From Minisyncoccota bacterium (GTDB lineage: Bacteria; Patescibacteriota; Minisyncoccia; Phycocordibacterales; Phycocordibacteraceae): a DNA stretch of 64,000 nt. Of this stretch, positions 39,748-48,860 are shown piece after piece (the first letter of the stretch is position 1; each line of letters opens with the position of its first letter). The position numbers were made by a program, and so were the translations under genes. The DNA lies in assembly GCA_041666305.1 (NCBI GenBank), contig JBAYHD010000001.1:91574-155573 (forward strand), in the 5' to 3' direction. The notes beneath the pieces were generated by a model, which did not search any database, was not told the origin of the DNA, and saw only the letters and a program-made list of their open reading frames with translations.

Positions 39748-40433
39748 TCTACCTTTTCCACGGCTCCGATGTTGATAAAGTACGCTCGAAGGCGTTCGAG
39801 TGGGTTGCGAAGGCGCGCGCAAAAGAACCGAATCTCGCGTATGTGCGCCTTGCACGCGAGGAACTCACGAACGCAACGCTTGAAGATGCTGCGCTCTCTG
39901 GCGGGCTTTTCGTACAACGTCTCCTGATACTCATTGATGACCCATTCCCGGCCGCACGGGCGAAAAGCGAGGACGAGAACGGTGAAGAAGAGACCGTCGG
40001 CACTGTGCTTGAAGAACATATTGATAGTCTCGCCGCGTCTGATAATGCCATCGTCATCCTCGCACCGAAACTTGCCGCTACGAAAGCAAAGAAACTGATC
40101 GCCAAAGCAAAACTTGAATACAAATATAATGCAACAGCCGCGCGCGAGGATGCACGCGGATTCAATTCGAATCTCGTCAACGCACTTTCCGCGCGTTCGC
40201 GCGGAAAACTATGGCTGGAAGTAAATCGCGCGCTCTACGCGGGTGATGCGCCGGAAATGTTGCACGGCCTCCTCCACTGGAAAGCACGCGATCTGATGGA
40301 AAAGGGGAGCCGCGCATGGAAACCGCAGGAAGCGCGCTCACTTTCACTCGCGCTTATCGAACTCCTGCAGTCCTCTCGTCGTGGCGGGCTCGAACTCGAC
40401 CTCGCGCTCGAGAAATTCGCGCTTTCAGTTTAG
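39744..40433 (+). CDS. holA: DNA polymerase III delta subunit-like (shortened)
   Basis: MIYLFHG.D, GLF...L motif, C-terminal L.LEKF; follows polA. Confidence 0.6.
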   Translation: MIYLFHGSDVDKVRSKAFEWVAKARAKEPNLAYVRLAREELTNATLEDAALSGGLFVQRLLILIDDPFPAARAKSEDENGEEETVGTVLEEHIDSLAASDNAIVILAPKLAATKAKKLIAKAKLEYKYNATAAREDARGFNSNLVNALSARSRGKLWLEVNRALYAGDAPEMLHGLLHWKARDLMEKGSRAWKPQEARSLSLALIELLQSSRRGGLELDLALEKFALSV

Positions 40434-40443
40434 AATTCGGAGC

Positions 40444-41220
40444 ATGCGGATCGTTTCTCTCAATACCTGGGGTGGAAGAGCAGGAAAGGAAGGGCTTTTG
40501 GCATTTTTCAAAATGCATGCGGATACCACGGATATTTTTTGTCTGCAGGAAATATGGTCTGCGCCGTATGAACATCTCGAAGGGCATCTTGCGGGCGGTT
40601 TGGAAATAGATAACGAACAAATAATGGTGTACGGCCTGCAAGAAATATCGGCAGCACTACCAAGCCATGTTGCATTTTTCCGCCCACATCATGGTGACCA
40701 CTACGGTCTTCTGATGTTGGTGAACAAAAATCTTTCCGTCATAGAAGAGGGAGATGTGTTCGTATACAAAGAAAGGGGATATGTGCCTGACGGGGATGTG
40801 GGGAACCACGCACGCAATATTCAATATATAACCGCCGAGACGGCATCTGGTCTGATTACCGTCATAAATTTCCATGGATTATGGACTGGAGAAGGGCCTG
40901 GCAAAGGAAAGAAAGATAGTCCGGAACGCCTAGAGCAGTCGGAGAAGATACTTGAATTTACAAAACAACTTAAAAATCCATTTGTCCTATGCGGAGATTT
41001 TAATCTACTTCCCGACACTGAAAGCATACGAAAATTTGAAGATGCAGGACTGCGAAATCTTATTAAAGAATTTGGAGTTACCTCAACACGAACGAGTTTC
41101 TATACAAAACCGCAAAAATTTGCAGATTACGTTTTTATCAGCGGCGACGTAGACCTTAAGGATTTTAAAGTGTTGCCTAATGAGGTTTCAGACCATGCAC
41201 CTCTCCTTATTGAGATATAA
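40444..41220 (+). CDS. endonuclease/exonuclease/phosphatase family protein
   Basis: SLN, DIFCLQE, GDFN, DY.F, SDH. Confidence 0.92.
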   Translation: MRIVSLNTWGGRAGKEGLLAFFKMHADTTDIFCLQEIWSAPYEHLEGHLAGGLEIDNEQIMVYGLQEISAALPSHVAFFRPHHGDHYGLLMLVNKNLSVIEEGDVFVYKERGYVPDGDVGNHARNIQYITAETASGLITVINFHGLWTGEGPGKGKKDSPERLEQSEKILEFTKQLKNPFVLCGDFNLLPDTESIRKFEDAGLRNLIKEFGVTSTRTSFYTKPQKFADYVFISGDVDLKDFKVLPNEVSDHAPLLIEI

Positions 41221-41788
41221 GACGGCCACGTAATGCGAGTCCCGCGATAATGGCGGAGCCGATGACCGTGTAGACGGGGAAGAGAAAGTTGTAGACAGTG
41301 AATGACTGTGTCGCAGCGACCTCTAGTGTCACTCCAATGACATACAAGACCCAAAGAGCCGCCGGTTCAGACGAAGGATCTTGGTAGGTTTTGATAATAG
41401 TCGGTACAGTTACGGAGAGGTCAGCAATCATACTCAAAACAAGAGCCGCCAGAGGCTCCTTCGTGATGGCCCAGAGAATGATTGCAAGGACAGCGAGCAC
41501 AATGCAAATTCCGTCAGCACGCGTCCATACCGCGCGGCCCATATACAACGCGGTGAAGGCGATGATGGTCGTACTGATACTAGAAATGAAGGGAACGGCA
41601 AGAGACCAATCGATGCCTTTTGATGCTTGTGCGGCGGTGGCGATGATGAAAAGGGTCGCCCAGCCGAACCACGATACGGCACTCGGCCGCGTGGTGCTGG
41701 TCACAATGCTTCTGATATAGGGAACGATAAGAGCGAGCAATAAAATGCTTGCGGCGCTTCCGAGCACGATATGCCAGTCATAATTCAT
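41207..41788 (-). CDS. multi-pass membrane protein (PQ-loop-like)
   Basis: PYI..I...TRP...SW, PTI.K....P.SE; about 7 TM segments. Confidence 0.8.
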   Translation of the reverse strand: MNYDWHIVLGSAASILLLALIVPYIRSIVTSTTRPSAVSWFGWATLFIIATAAQASKGIDWSLAVPFISSISTTIIAFTALYMGRAVWTRADGICIVLAVLAIILWAITKEPLAALVLSMIADLSVTVPTIIKTYQDPSSEPAALWVLYVIGVTLEVAATQSFTVYNFLFPVYTVIGSAIIAGLALRGRLISQ

Positions 41789-41903
41789 ACGTGTATCTTA
41801 GCCTATTTATATACGCGACAGATATACGAACCTCCATGTGGTACTATATAAAGGGAGTCGTCTGAATGTGAGAGAAATGCTAGTGTGTCATAAGAAAATA
41901 CAT

Positions 41904-41976
41904 GCGCCCGTAGCTCAGCTGGTAGAGCAGCTCGCTTTTAACGAGAAGGTCGCAGGATCGAAGCCTGCCGGGCGCA
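41904..41976 (+). tRNA. tRNA-Lys(TTT)
   Basis: GCGCCCG/CGGGCGC acceptor, anticodon loop CTTTTAA, T-loop variant ATCGAAG. Confidence 0.93.
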
Positions 41977-41977
41977 C

Positions 41978-42808
41978 ATGAACGATTTCGAGGAGAAATG
42001 CATATCCTTGCGTAAGAGGGGCTATAGCATCATTGAAATCATGAAAGTAACAGGAAGAGCCAAAAGTTCTATCCATACGTATATAAAAGATATTCCCTTA
42101 AGCAAGGAACGTATGAAGCAGATTCGTGTGGCTTCTGGTAACCGGATTAGGAAATTTGCTATCGCTCGGAAAGGGAAAAGTACACGGTTGTTCAGGCCGT
42201 TTGAAGCATGGTCTGCCGATGCGGTGCTGCTGGTCGCGCACCTGCTTTTTGATGGAGAAATTGTCAGAGTGAGATGTGTCTATAACAATCGTAGTGAAGT
42301 GCTCATTGCGCGTGTGGCGAGGCTTATGCGTGAATGGTACGATTTCGAGCCGAAGCGGTATAAGAATCCATTAACGGGTGTTTATCGAATCAGTTATCAC
42401 AATGTAGGTCTCGGTGCTTATATACAGACGAAATCAATCGAGCTACTGCGGCAAATTAAAAGAATGCCACTCGATTTAAAACGAGAGTTCGTGAGAGCAT
42501 TTTTTGATGATGAAGGGTGTATAGATTACCGGCCAGAGGAAAATAGACGGAGCGTTCGCGGGTATCAAAAGGATGTGCGGATTCTGAAAATAATAAAATC
42601 GCTACTAGCTGATTTTGGTATCACGTCACGGATAGTGCTTCCTAACGAAGTGGTGATTGTAGGGAAAGAAAATCTGATGAAATTCGAACGAGAGATAAAT
42701 TTCTCCCCCGGTGTGTATATGAACGGGAATCGCTCAAACAGCCGTTGGAAGAAGCACGTGGAGAAAAGGGAATTGCTCAAGCAAGCAATAAAATCCTTCA
42801 AGAGCTAG
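41978..42808 (+). CDS. HTH + double-motif LAGLIDADG endonuclease-like protein
   Basis: N-terminal LRKRGYS..EI....GRAKSSI HTH; AHLLFDG and RAFFDDEG motifs; starts 1 nt after tRNA-Lys. Confidence 0.85.
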   Translation: MNDFEEKCISLRKRGYSIIEIMKVTGRAKSSIHTYIKDIPLSKERMKQIRVASGNRIRKFAIARKGKSTRLFRPFEAWSADAVLLVAHLLFDGEIVRVRCVYNNRSEVLIARVARLMREWYDFEPKRYKNPLTGVYRISYHNVGLGAYIQTKSIELLRQIKRMPLDLKREFVRAFFDDEGCIDYRPEENRRSVRGYQKDVRILKIIKSLLADFGITSRIVLPNEVVIVGKENLMKFEREINFSPGVYMNGNRSNSRWKKHVEKRELLKQAIKSFKS

Positions 42809-43779
42809 TAGCTAAACGTATCAACCGTTTTTCCCCGGTCGTCGAGAAGCTTCACGATTTCATACCGAGCGCGCCACAAATGGGACTTTCGGCCGAGATA
42901 AATGCGCCACGTGGTACCGTCAAAGTCCGAATCATTCCTATGCGTGTTGATACAGCCGTTGTAATTCAGGCGCGTCTCTAAGAAGCTTTGGCAGGAGTCT
43001 GAAAGAGCGCTCATTCGTGTCAGCGGAACCTGGCAGCGCGAGAGCGTATTTGTGTAATCGATGCAGGAAGGGTCGTGGATATACGGACCGTAGAAAGAAG
43101 AAAGTTCGTTCGATGCCGTCGGACAATTCTTGGGTAGCGACGGTGAGAATTTTTGGAAGGCGCTGAAATATCCGATGCATTTATTTTCGCGAAAAGATGC
43201 GCCGACTGGCGATTCGCCTGAAATGATGAGCGCACGCTCACCGGGTTCAAGCACGATATCCTCCGCCGCGTTCACCACGCCGGAAGTCGGAACGCGCGTC
43301 CCTTTAGGAATGAGTTCCGCTTTGTAGGTCGCTCCGCTCTCGAGCGTCCATCCGGTGATCTTCACCGATTGGTTCGAGTTTTGCGCAACAGAGATTTCAA
43401 CATATTCTTTCTTTGGGTCTGATGAACTGGCGTTCGATACATAGTGACCCATCGAAACGAGATTGCCATACGCAGAAGGAGGGGAGAACGTACCGCTACC
43501 GCTACCACTACCGCCTGAGTAAGAAGAAGTAGGAGGAGCCTCGGTACTCGATTGAACACTCCCGCCGCCCGATGACGAACCCGGAAGGGAAATGTTCGTG
43601 CCGCCGACGCCGAACGGCGCCCGCGGGAACTGCAGATAGGTGCCGCCGCCGAGTTCTTGCGGTTCGGCGAGCCGCGGGCCGGTAAAGGCGATCGGGTGGA
43701 GTGGCCCACCGGTCGCTATCCAGATAAGGAATATAAAGACGAAAACGCCTATGAAAAACCACGCATCATGCATTTCCAT
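42805..43779 (-). CDS. membrane-anchored Cys-rich protein with lamin-tail-like domain
   Basis: N-terminal TM, Ser/Gly linker, EYVEI...ITGWTL, KLLD..GK.VD.F.Y. Confidence 0.75.
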   Translation of the reverse strand: MEMHDAWFFIGVFVFIFLIWIATGGPLHPIAFTGPRLAEPQELGGGTYLQFPRAPFGVGGTNISLPGSSSGGGSVQSSTEAPPTSSYSGGSGSGSGTFSPPSAYGNLVSMGHYVSNASSSDPKKEYVEISVAQNSNQSVKITGWTLESGATYKAELIPKGTRVPTSGVVNAAEDIVLEPGERALIISGESPVGASFRENKCIGYFSAFQKFSPSLPKNCPTASNELSSFYGPYIHDPSCIDYTNTLSRCQVPLTRMSALSDSCQSFLETRLNYNGCINTHRNDSDFDGTTWRIYLGRKSHLWRARYEIVKLLDDRGKTVDTFSY

Positions 43780-43791
43780 AAAAGGATAATA

Positions 43792-43853
43792 GCAGGCACT
43801 AGGCACTAGGCGCTAGGCTTTAGTCCTGCTAGTGCCTAAGGCCTAGAGCCTAG
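43792..43853. repeat. heptamer inverted repeat array, copy 3 (overlaps murE stop)
   Basis: caggcactaggcactaggcgctaggctttag ... ctagtgcctaaggcctagagcctag. Confidence 0.8.
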
Positions 43854-45113
43854 TTTGGCGAGTTCTTCGCGAACAACACTCGCATCGCTCCACGGGGTTT
43901 TCGTTCCGTGGGGCCCCATGATGAATGGGTCAGTGCCCTTGCCGGAAATAAGAACAGCGTCTCCAGAACGCGCGGCGCGAAGCGCCGCGCGGATCGCTTC
44001 ACGCCGGTCCATGATAATCTCCGGTGTGCGTTTCATTTCATGCATCATCGCATTCACGATTGCGCGCGGGTCTTCATCATACGGGTCTTCGTTCGTGAGG
44101 ATGACTTTCTCGCATGCTTCATCCGCAATACGCCCCATCTCCGGCCGTTTCCACGTATCGCGACCGCCGCCGGTATTTCCGAGAACACAGATCTTTCGTT
44201 GCGTTCGGAATGCCTCATACAGTGCGCCGAGTGAGTCAGGCGTGTGTGCGTAGTCCACGACGACAATGAAATCCTGGCCGGCATCAATGCGTTCCACGCG
44301 GCCGCGCACGACCGGAAGCGCCGCTAGTGCTTCCGCGCAAGTGGGAAGAGGAATGTCGAACGCTTCGCAAAGCTTAATGGAGGCGAGCGCATTCATCGCA
44401 TTGAACATTCCGGGAATGGGCAGTGAAAAATGCACATTGTGGTAATCAAACGTAGTACCTCGATCATTTTCCGACACATTTTCGAGTTCATGAGAACTGA
44501 ATCTGACCGCCTTCGGCACGCGTACGGAGAGGAACGCATTACTTTCCGGGACATCTGCGTTCGTCACGAAAACCCGCTTGCGTTTTTCGGAGCGGACAAG
44601 CGCTTCTACAATGGCACGTTTTGCTTCAACGTAATTCGCGAACGAGCCGTGCCGTTCAATATGTTCGCGTTGGATATTGGTCACGATGAGCCCGTCAAGA
44701 TACAGGAACAAATGCCGGTATTGCAGGACGCTCTCGGACGTTATTTCAATGACCAGGTGCGTGCACCCGGCATCGACCGCTTTACGCATGAATGCCTGCG
44801 CAAAGCCTCTCCCCGGAAGCGTCATTTTGAAAAGATTCCTTTCAGAATTATCTTCTATGGCGAACCGTATCGTTGAAAGGAGAGCTGTTTTGTATCCGGC
44901 TTTGCGGAGAATTGAAAAGACCATCTCGGCGGTCGTTGATTTTCCTTTTGTTCCCGTGATGCCGATGACGGTGAGTTCCCGAGCAGGGAAGCCATAGGTG
45001 AACGCCATCACCGAGGCGAGTACGCGATGGTAGAGCGGTCGTAATGGCCGCACCAACCACTCGGGCACTATTTTTTTCAGAATGCGAACGATGCGCTCGA
45101 CAATCCCGTACAT
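43836..45113 (-). CDS. murE: UDP-MurNAc-tripeptide synthetase MurE
   Basis: GITGTKGKST, E.TS, GR.E, DYAHTPDSL, GG.RD..KRP, EDPY.EDP, GKG. Confidence 0.92.
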   Translation of the reverse strand: MYGIVERIVRILKKIVPEWLVRPLRPLYHRVLASVMAFTYGFPARELTVIGITGTKGKSTTAEMVFSILRKAGYKTALLSTIRFAIEDNSERNLFKMTLPGRGFAQAFMRKAVDAGCTHLVIEITSESVLQYRHLFLYLDGLIVTNIQREHIERHGSFANYVEAKRAIVEALVRSEKRKRVFVTNADVPESNAFLSVRVPKAVRFSSHELENVSENDRGTTFDYHNVHFSLPIPGMFNAMNALASIKLCEAFDIPLPTCAEALAALPVVRGRVERIDAGQDFIVVVDYAHTPDSLGALYEAFRTQRKICVLGNTGGGRDTWKRPEMGRIADEACEKVILTNEDPYDEDPRAIVNAMMHEMKRTPEIIMDRREAIRAALRAARSGDAVLISGKGTDPFIMGPHGTKTPWSDASVVREELAKLGSRP

Positions 45114-45115
45114 AA

Positions 45116-45658
45116 TTATCCTGCGGAGAGCGCCGCCTTAAGTCGCGCATCTTTTCCGACCGTATCTTCCGGAATTGATTGCAATGCCTTGCGCGCTTCA
45201 CGCTCGGTGTAACCGAGCGCGACGAGCGTATCGAAGACCTCGCCATCGGCGTTGTCGTGCGAGCGGGGACCGACCTTATCGGCGAGTTCCACAAGCATTT
45301 TCTCCGCACTTTTTTTACCGAGCCCCACGACCTTGGTGAGGTACACGAGGTCGCGTTTCCCGATGGCGCCTTCGAGCGCTTCGCGCGGTGCACGGCGGAG
45401 CACTGAAAGTGCGGTCTTCGGTCCCACGCCCGATACCGTAAGAACGAGTTCGAAAAAATCTCGGTCGGCCGTTTCAGGAAAGCCGTACAGTTCCATCCCG
45501 TCCTGTTTGACGGCAAGATGCGTCGCGAGCTGCGCATCACTTCCTACCGAAAGAGTGTCGGGAGTGCTCATGCGTACTTCAATACCGAAGCCGGCGACCT
45601 CAATAACCGCGCTTACGGGGCCGACCGAAAGAACCTTTCCTCGAATCTGTCGGATCAT
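45116..45658 (-). CDS. ruvA: Holliday junction protein RuvA
   Basis: LYGF, VSGVGPKTA, GLGKKSAE, L.ALGY. Confidence 0.95.
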   Translation of the reverse strand: MIRQIRGKVLSVGPVSAVIEVAGFGIEVRMSTPDTLSVGSDAQLATHLAVKQDGMELYGFPETADRDFFELVLTVSGVGPKTALSVLRRAPREALEGAIGKRDLVYLTKVVGLGKKSAEKMLVELADKVGPRSHDNADGEVFDTLVALGYTEREARKALQSIPEDTVGKDARLKAALSAG

Positions 45659-45680
45659 AGAACTATCGTACTACATTTGC

Positions 45681-45799
45681 GCTGAGATTTTTAAGGAGCA
45701 AAGCGACCTAGAAAACAAGGAGTGGAACGACTATGTTTTCGGAAGTGCCCTTGCGGTGCGACTATAAAAATCCAAGTGCACTTGGTAACCCAAGGTGCC
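45681..45799 (+). repeat. palindromic element family D (GCYGAGATTTTTAA...TATAAAAATCCAAGTG + hairpin), long copy
   Basis: Same ends as the minus-strand element at 47951-48020. Confidence 0.65.
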
Positions 45800-45843
45800 C
45801 AGGCTATTGCGTATCTGGGGTATATGCATTACATTTGGCAGAC

Positions 45844-46110
45844 ATGGCAATCACCAGTTCCGCAAAGAAAGCGATCCGTGCCTCCGCAAGGAAGCATGTG
45901 TTCAATTTGCGCCGCAAGAACACCCTTACCGACACGACGAAGTCGCTTATGAAGGTGCTCGCCGCCAAAGATGTTTCAGCAGCCGAGAAGCTTCTCCCGG
46001 CCGCCTTCAAGGCGATAGATAAAGCGGCAAAGAGGGGAGTAATAAAAGCCAACACCGCCGCCCGCAAGAAGTCCCGCCTCGCCCTTGCTGTCGCTCGCAC
46101 GAAGGCGTAG
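45844..46110 (+). CDS. rpsT: 30S ribosomal protein S20
   Basis: SAKKA.R...N, IDKAAK.GVI..N.AARKKSRL. Confidence 0.96.
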   Translation: MAITSSAKKAIRASARKHVFNLRRKNTLTDTTKSLMKVLAAKDVSAAEKLLPAAFKAIDKAAKRGVIKANTAARKKSRLALAVARTKA

Positions 46111-46213
46111 TGTGTTTTTTGACTGAATAAACACGAATCATAGCGGGGATTTTTTCCTCCGTATTTGCGGCTGTCTGAGACTGGCTCGGATGGCGACAAC
46201 GTGTGGAGGAATC

Positions 46214-46417
46214 ATGGGAACGAAGGCACCAAGACTGAAATTGAAGACTTTAAAGACGAGATCCTGCACATTACCGGAACTTCAGGCAGCGCTTGTGCAT
46301 CTTATTGAGCTCCACGATGGAATGAATGCCGAAATAAACAGGATGATTTCCTCTGGTCGGATCAGGTCGGCACGCGATGTCGAGAGGGATATCTGGAATA
46401 GGCCTTTCGATATTTAG
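46214..46417 (+). CDS. orphan small protein (SD-led)
   Basis: GGAGG upstream of ATG 46214; terminator at 46451-46479. Confidence 0.6.
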   Translation: MGTKAPRLKLKTLKTRSCTLPELQAALVHLIELHDGMNAEINRMISSGRIRSARDVERDIWNRPFDI

Positions 46418-46450
46418 TGCGAACGCCAACTACATTCAACCTGTTCCTCC

Positions 46451-46479
46451 AACGCCGCGTACCCGCGGCGTTCTTTTTT
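46451..46479 (+). terminator. Rho-independent terminator
   Basis: AACGCCGCG-TACC-CGCGGCGTT followed by CTTTTTT. Confidence 0.85.
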
Positions 46480-46486
46480 ATTCAGG

Positions 46487-46558
46487 TGCTCTCGGCCGGA
46501 ATCGAACCGGCATTGGCCACTTCGGAGGCGGCTATCCTATCCGTTGAATGACGAGAGC
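46487..46558 (-). tRNA. tRNA-Arg(CCG)
   Basis: GCTCTCG/CGAGAGC acceptor, loop CTCCGAA, GGTTCGATTCC. Confidence 0.93.
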
Positions 46559-46599
46559 GGCGTGTGGCCGTAACGCTTACGATACTACATCTTTATTCT

Positions 46600-46674
46600 T
46601 GGTGCTCCCGCCAGGAATCGAACCTGGATCTCTTCCTTCGCAGGGAAGTGTCCTATCCGTTGAACAACGGGAGC
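46600..46674 (-). tRNA. tRNA-Arg(GCG), encoded CCA
   Basis: GCTCCCG/CGGGAGC acceptor, loop CTGCGAA, GGTTCGATTCC, ACCA. Confidence 0.93.
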
Positions 46675-46676
46675 TG

Positions 46677-47363
46677 CTATATTTTCATTCTTTCCGAGAG
46701 TATCCTCCCAAGTGCAAGCAATTCTTCTCTCGCAGGGTTTGCCGGATACTTTACAAAGCAAATGCCTTGAAAGTTTTTGCGGAATCGCTTGCTCTTACTT
46801 CGTTTTTTAACATAAATCTTGCCGAATTGCGAGGCAGGGATTTGGAGCAGGTCGGACCAAAATGCGATCGCCTCTCGGTGCTTATGATAATAATGCAAAT
46901 GAAGGCGCACACGGAAGCGGCTTTCGTCGAGCGGATATATTCTGCGCAGCAGAGAAATATACAAGCTCAGTAATTTCGAATCCGTATTTACGAATACCAG
47001 GCCGTATACTTTTTCATGTTTGGCTCCTTCTGCCCAGTACAGCATCGCGAGCAATGCCTTCAGAATGAGGATATTGGACAAAGGAAACCGGCCGGCCTCT
47101 TTCATGCCCGTTTGCTGTGCCTCGGCTATCCATGCCTGGCGGCGGTCCATGATAGTTTTTCTTGCTTTTTTCCTTATGTTTTCAAGATGAGCAAGTTGGC
47201 GTGTTCGATCCAATGTACGAGGTGAGTTAGCGCGTTTAAACCAAAATGAGAGAGTGCTTTTCGGAATAGGATATATCGCTCGTATTTGCGTATACGTTTT
47301 TCCCGAGAGGCCCATTTTCAAAACTCGCGCGTGGATTTCTTTTGAATGTCTTGCTCCGGCCAT
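46677..47363 (-). CDS. HTH + single-motif LAGLIDADG-like protein
   Basis: GKTYTQI....PIPKSTLSFW HTH; AMLYWAEG motif, F.NTD; stop 2 nt before tRNA-Arg(GCG). Confidence 0.78.
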   Translation of the reverse strand: MAGARHSKEIHARVLKMGLSGKTYTQIRAIYPIPKSTLSFWFKRANSPRTLDRTRQLAHLENIRKKARKTIMDRRQAWIAEAQQTGMKEAGRFPLSNILILKALLAMLYWAEGAKHEKVYGLVFVNTDSKLLSLYISLLRRIYPLDESRFRVRLHLHYYHKHREAIAFWSDLLQIPASQFGKIYVKKRSKSKRFRKNFQGICFVKYPANPAREELLALGRILSERMKI

Positions 47364-47414
47364 GTTTTCATTGTACCTCTTTTGACTACTAGAACTACTA
47401 ATCTAGGTACAACA

Positions 47415-47423
47415 TGTGGATAA
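47415..47423 (-). promoter_or_regulatory. perfect DnaA box TTATCCACA
   Basis: tgtggataa on + strand, about 50 nt upstream of the LAGLIDADG-like start. Confidence 0.55.
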
Positions 47424-47443
47424 ATAAAAAAGAGACGTATATA

Positions 47444-47917
47444 TCAGAATCCGAGCCACGCCGCCACCAAATCCGTAAACGTATGCCGATGTTCTCCCTC
47501 GTCAACATGCTGAAGGAAGTATGCGTAGACCGCGTCCGCATCAACACCTTCAAGCGGGATGATGAGGTGCGGTGAGAGCCAACTCTCGGTTTTGATGGAA
47601 ATCATAGGAGGGAGCGTCCCCTCCACGTCTTCAAGAACGGAAAAAGAAAGCATCTTCTCGAACGGATGAAGTTCATCGCCGATGAGAATGCCCTGCTCGA
47701 CGAGACGGAAACGATGCACCGGCGGTACTTTGGCGGCGTGGAGCGCGAGCGCGGCAGCAGCGATGATGACGAGCACCGCAAGCAGATAATTGCCAAACAA
47801 GAGAGAGGAGAGCGTACCGGCAACCGCGATGATACCGAGCGCCCAATACCAATCGGAGCTTTTCGGATTATGGTCGTATTCCCTCCCTTCCCATTCTGCG
47901 AGTGCGTCGCGAGGCAT
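47444..47917 (-). CDS. DUF5673-like membrane protein
   Basis: W...EY....KS.DWYW, two TM helices, PH-like C-terminus. Confidence 0.75.
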   Translation of the reverse strand: MPRDALAEWEGREYDHNPKSSDWYWALGIIAVAGTLSSLLFGNYLLAVLVIIAAAALALHAAKVPPVHRFRLVEQGILIGDELHPFEKMLSFSVLEDVEGTLPPMISIKTESWLSPHLIIPLEGVDADAVYAYFLQHVDEGEHRHTFTDLVAAWLGF

Positions 47918-47950
47918 GAGAAAAGTATAACATCACAAATATGAATTCAA

Positions 47951-48020
47951 TTGCGGGGGCTTGCCAATGCGCAACCCCACTTGGATTTTTATACTCACTT
48001 CGTTCGTTAAAAATCTCGGC
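47951..48020 (-). repeat. palindromic element family D, short copy, directly 3' of tRNA-Ser
   Basis: Minus strand GCCGAGATTTTTAA CGAACGAAGTGAG TATAAAAATCCAAGTG GGGTTGC...GCAAGCCCC. Confidence 0.65.
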
Positions 48021-48104
48021 GGAAGGGGTGGGACTCGAACCCACAAGGGCCTTACGGCCCGCCAGTTTTCAAGACTGGTTCCTTACCATTCGGAGCACCC
48101 TTCC
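48020..48104 (-). tRNA. tRNA-Ser(TGA)
   Basis: GGAAGGG/CCCTTCC acceptor, loop CTTGAAA, long variable arm GGCC-GTAA-GGCC. Confidence 0.94.
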
Positions 48105-48134
48105 CTTGTTCAACACCAGGTGTTGAACAGGTTG

Positions 48135-48410
48135 CTACGCCTGCGTTGATGAGTGGTGCGCAGGCGTATGCGCGTGATGAGAACTGGAAACCCCAGGGCG
48201 GAACCAAATGAGATACACGATCTCCAAGATGCCAAGCGTGTTGATAACGAGGAGCGCGATGAACCACCACTTTTGTTCGCCGCGGGCAGCGTGCCAGAGA
48301 GCGAACCCTTTAAGGACCAACGTCCAGAGGACAATGATCATCATAAACGGTATGAACGTCGCAAAAAGCGCGGGCTCGAATGGCGAATAAAACGGGGTGA
48401 ATGGTTGCAT
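48135..48410 (-). CDS. DUF5652-like small membrane protein
   Basis: W...LKG.ALW.AAR..QK.WF..LL.INTLGILEI.Y. Confidence 0.85.
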   Translation of the reverse strand: MQPFTPFYSPFEPALFATFIPFMMIIVLWTLVLKGFALWHAARGEQKWWFIALLVINTLGILEIVYLIWFRPGVSSSHHAHTPAHHSSTQA

Positions 48411-48440
48411 ATCCGCAAATTATACCACACACTCATTACT

Positions 48441-48860
48441 ATGCGATATCTCGGCGTGGATTATGGGAGTTCGAAAATAGGCCTCGCGCTCTCTGATGAA
48501 GGAGGTGCGATGGGTTTCCCGCATGCCATCATTTCCAACACACCGCGGCTCGTGGATGAACTCTGTGCACTCGTTGCAAAAGAGAATGTCGGAGCAGTGG
48601 TCATCGGCGAGTCGCGCACACTAGAGGGTGGAGAGAATCCGATAGCGAAAGACGCCCGCTTGCTCGGTGAACAACTCACGGCGCGTGCGGGTGTGCCGGT
48701 GTTTTACGAATCGGAAGTGTTCACGAGCGCCGAGGCGCGCCGTGCGCCTGCGAAAGAGGCGAAGACTCGCGCGCCCCAAAAACGCGGACAGGTTGATGCA
48801 TCGGCCGCCGCACTTATCCTTACTAGTTATCTTTCACGCACCGACCATGGACCCCATTAG
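48441..48860 (+). CDS. ruvX: Holliday junction resolvase-like RuvX/YqgF
   Basis: YLGVDYG..KIGLA.SD, E..TS.EA, VD..AA.LIL..YL. Confidence 0.92.
   Translation: MRYLGVDYGSSKIGLALSDEGGAMGFPHAIISNTPRLVDELCALVAKENVGAVVIGESRTLEGGENPIAKDARLLGEQLTARAGVPVFYESEVFTSAEARRAPAKEAKTRAPQKRGQVDASAAALILTSYLSRTDHGPH

Noticed and set aside
41852-41870. AGGGAGTCGTCTGAATG as a decayed tRNA-Gln 5' end upstream of tRNA-Lys
   Set aside because: Match too short and no other tRNA arm is recognisable
41978-42808. LAGLIDADG ORFs as group I intron or intein cargo
   Set aside because: Adjacent tRNAs are intact and uninterrupted, there is no room for intron core helices, and no intein terminal motifs are present
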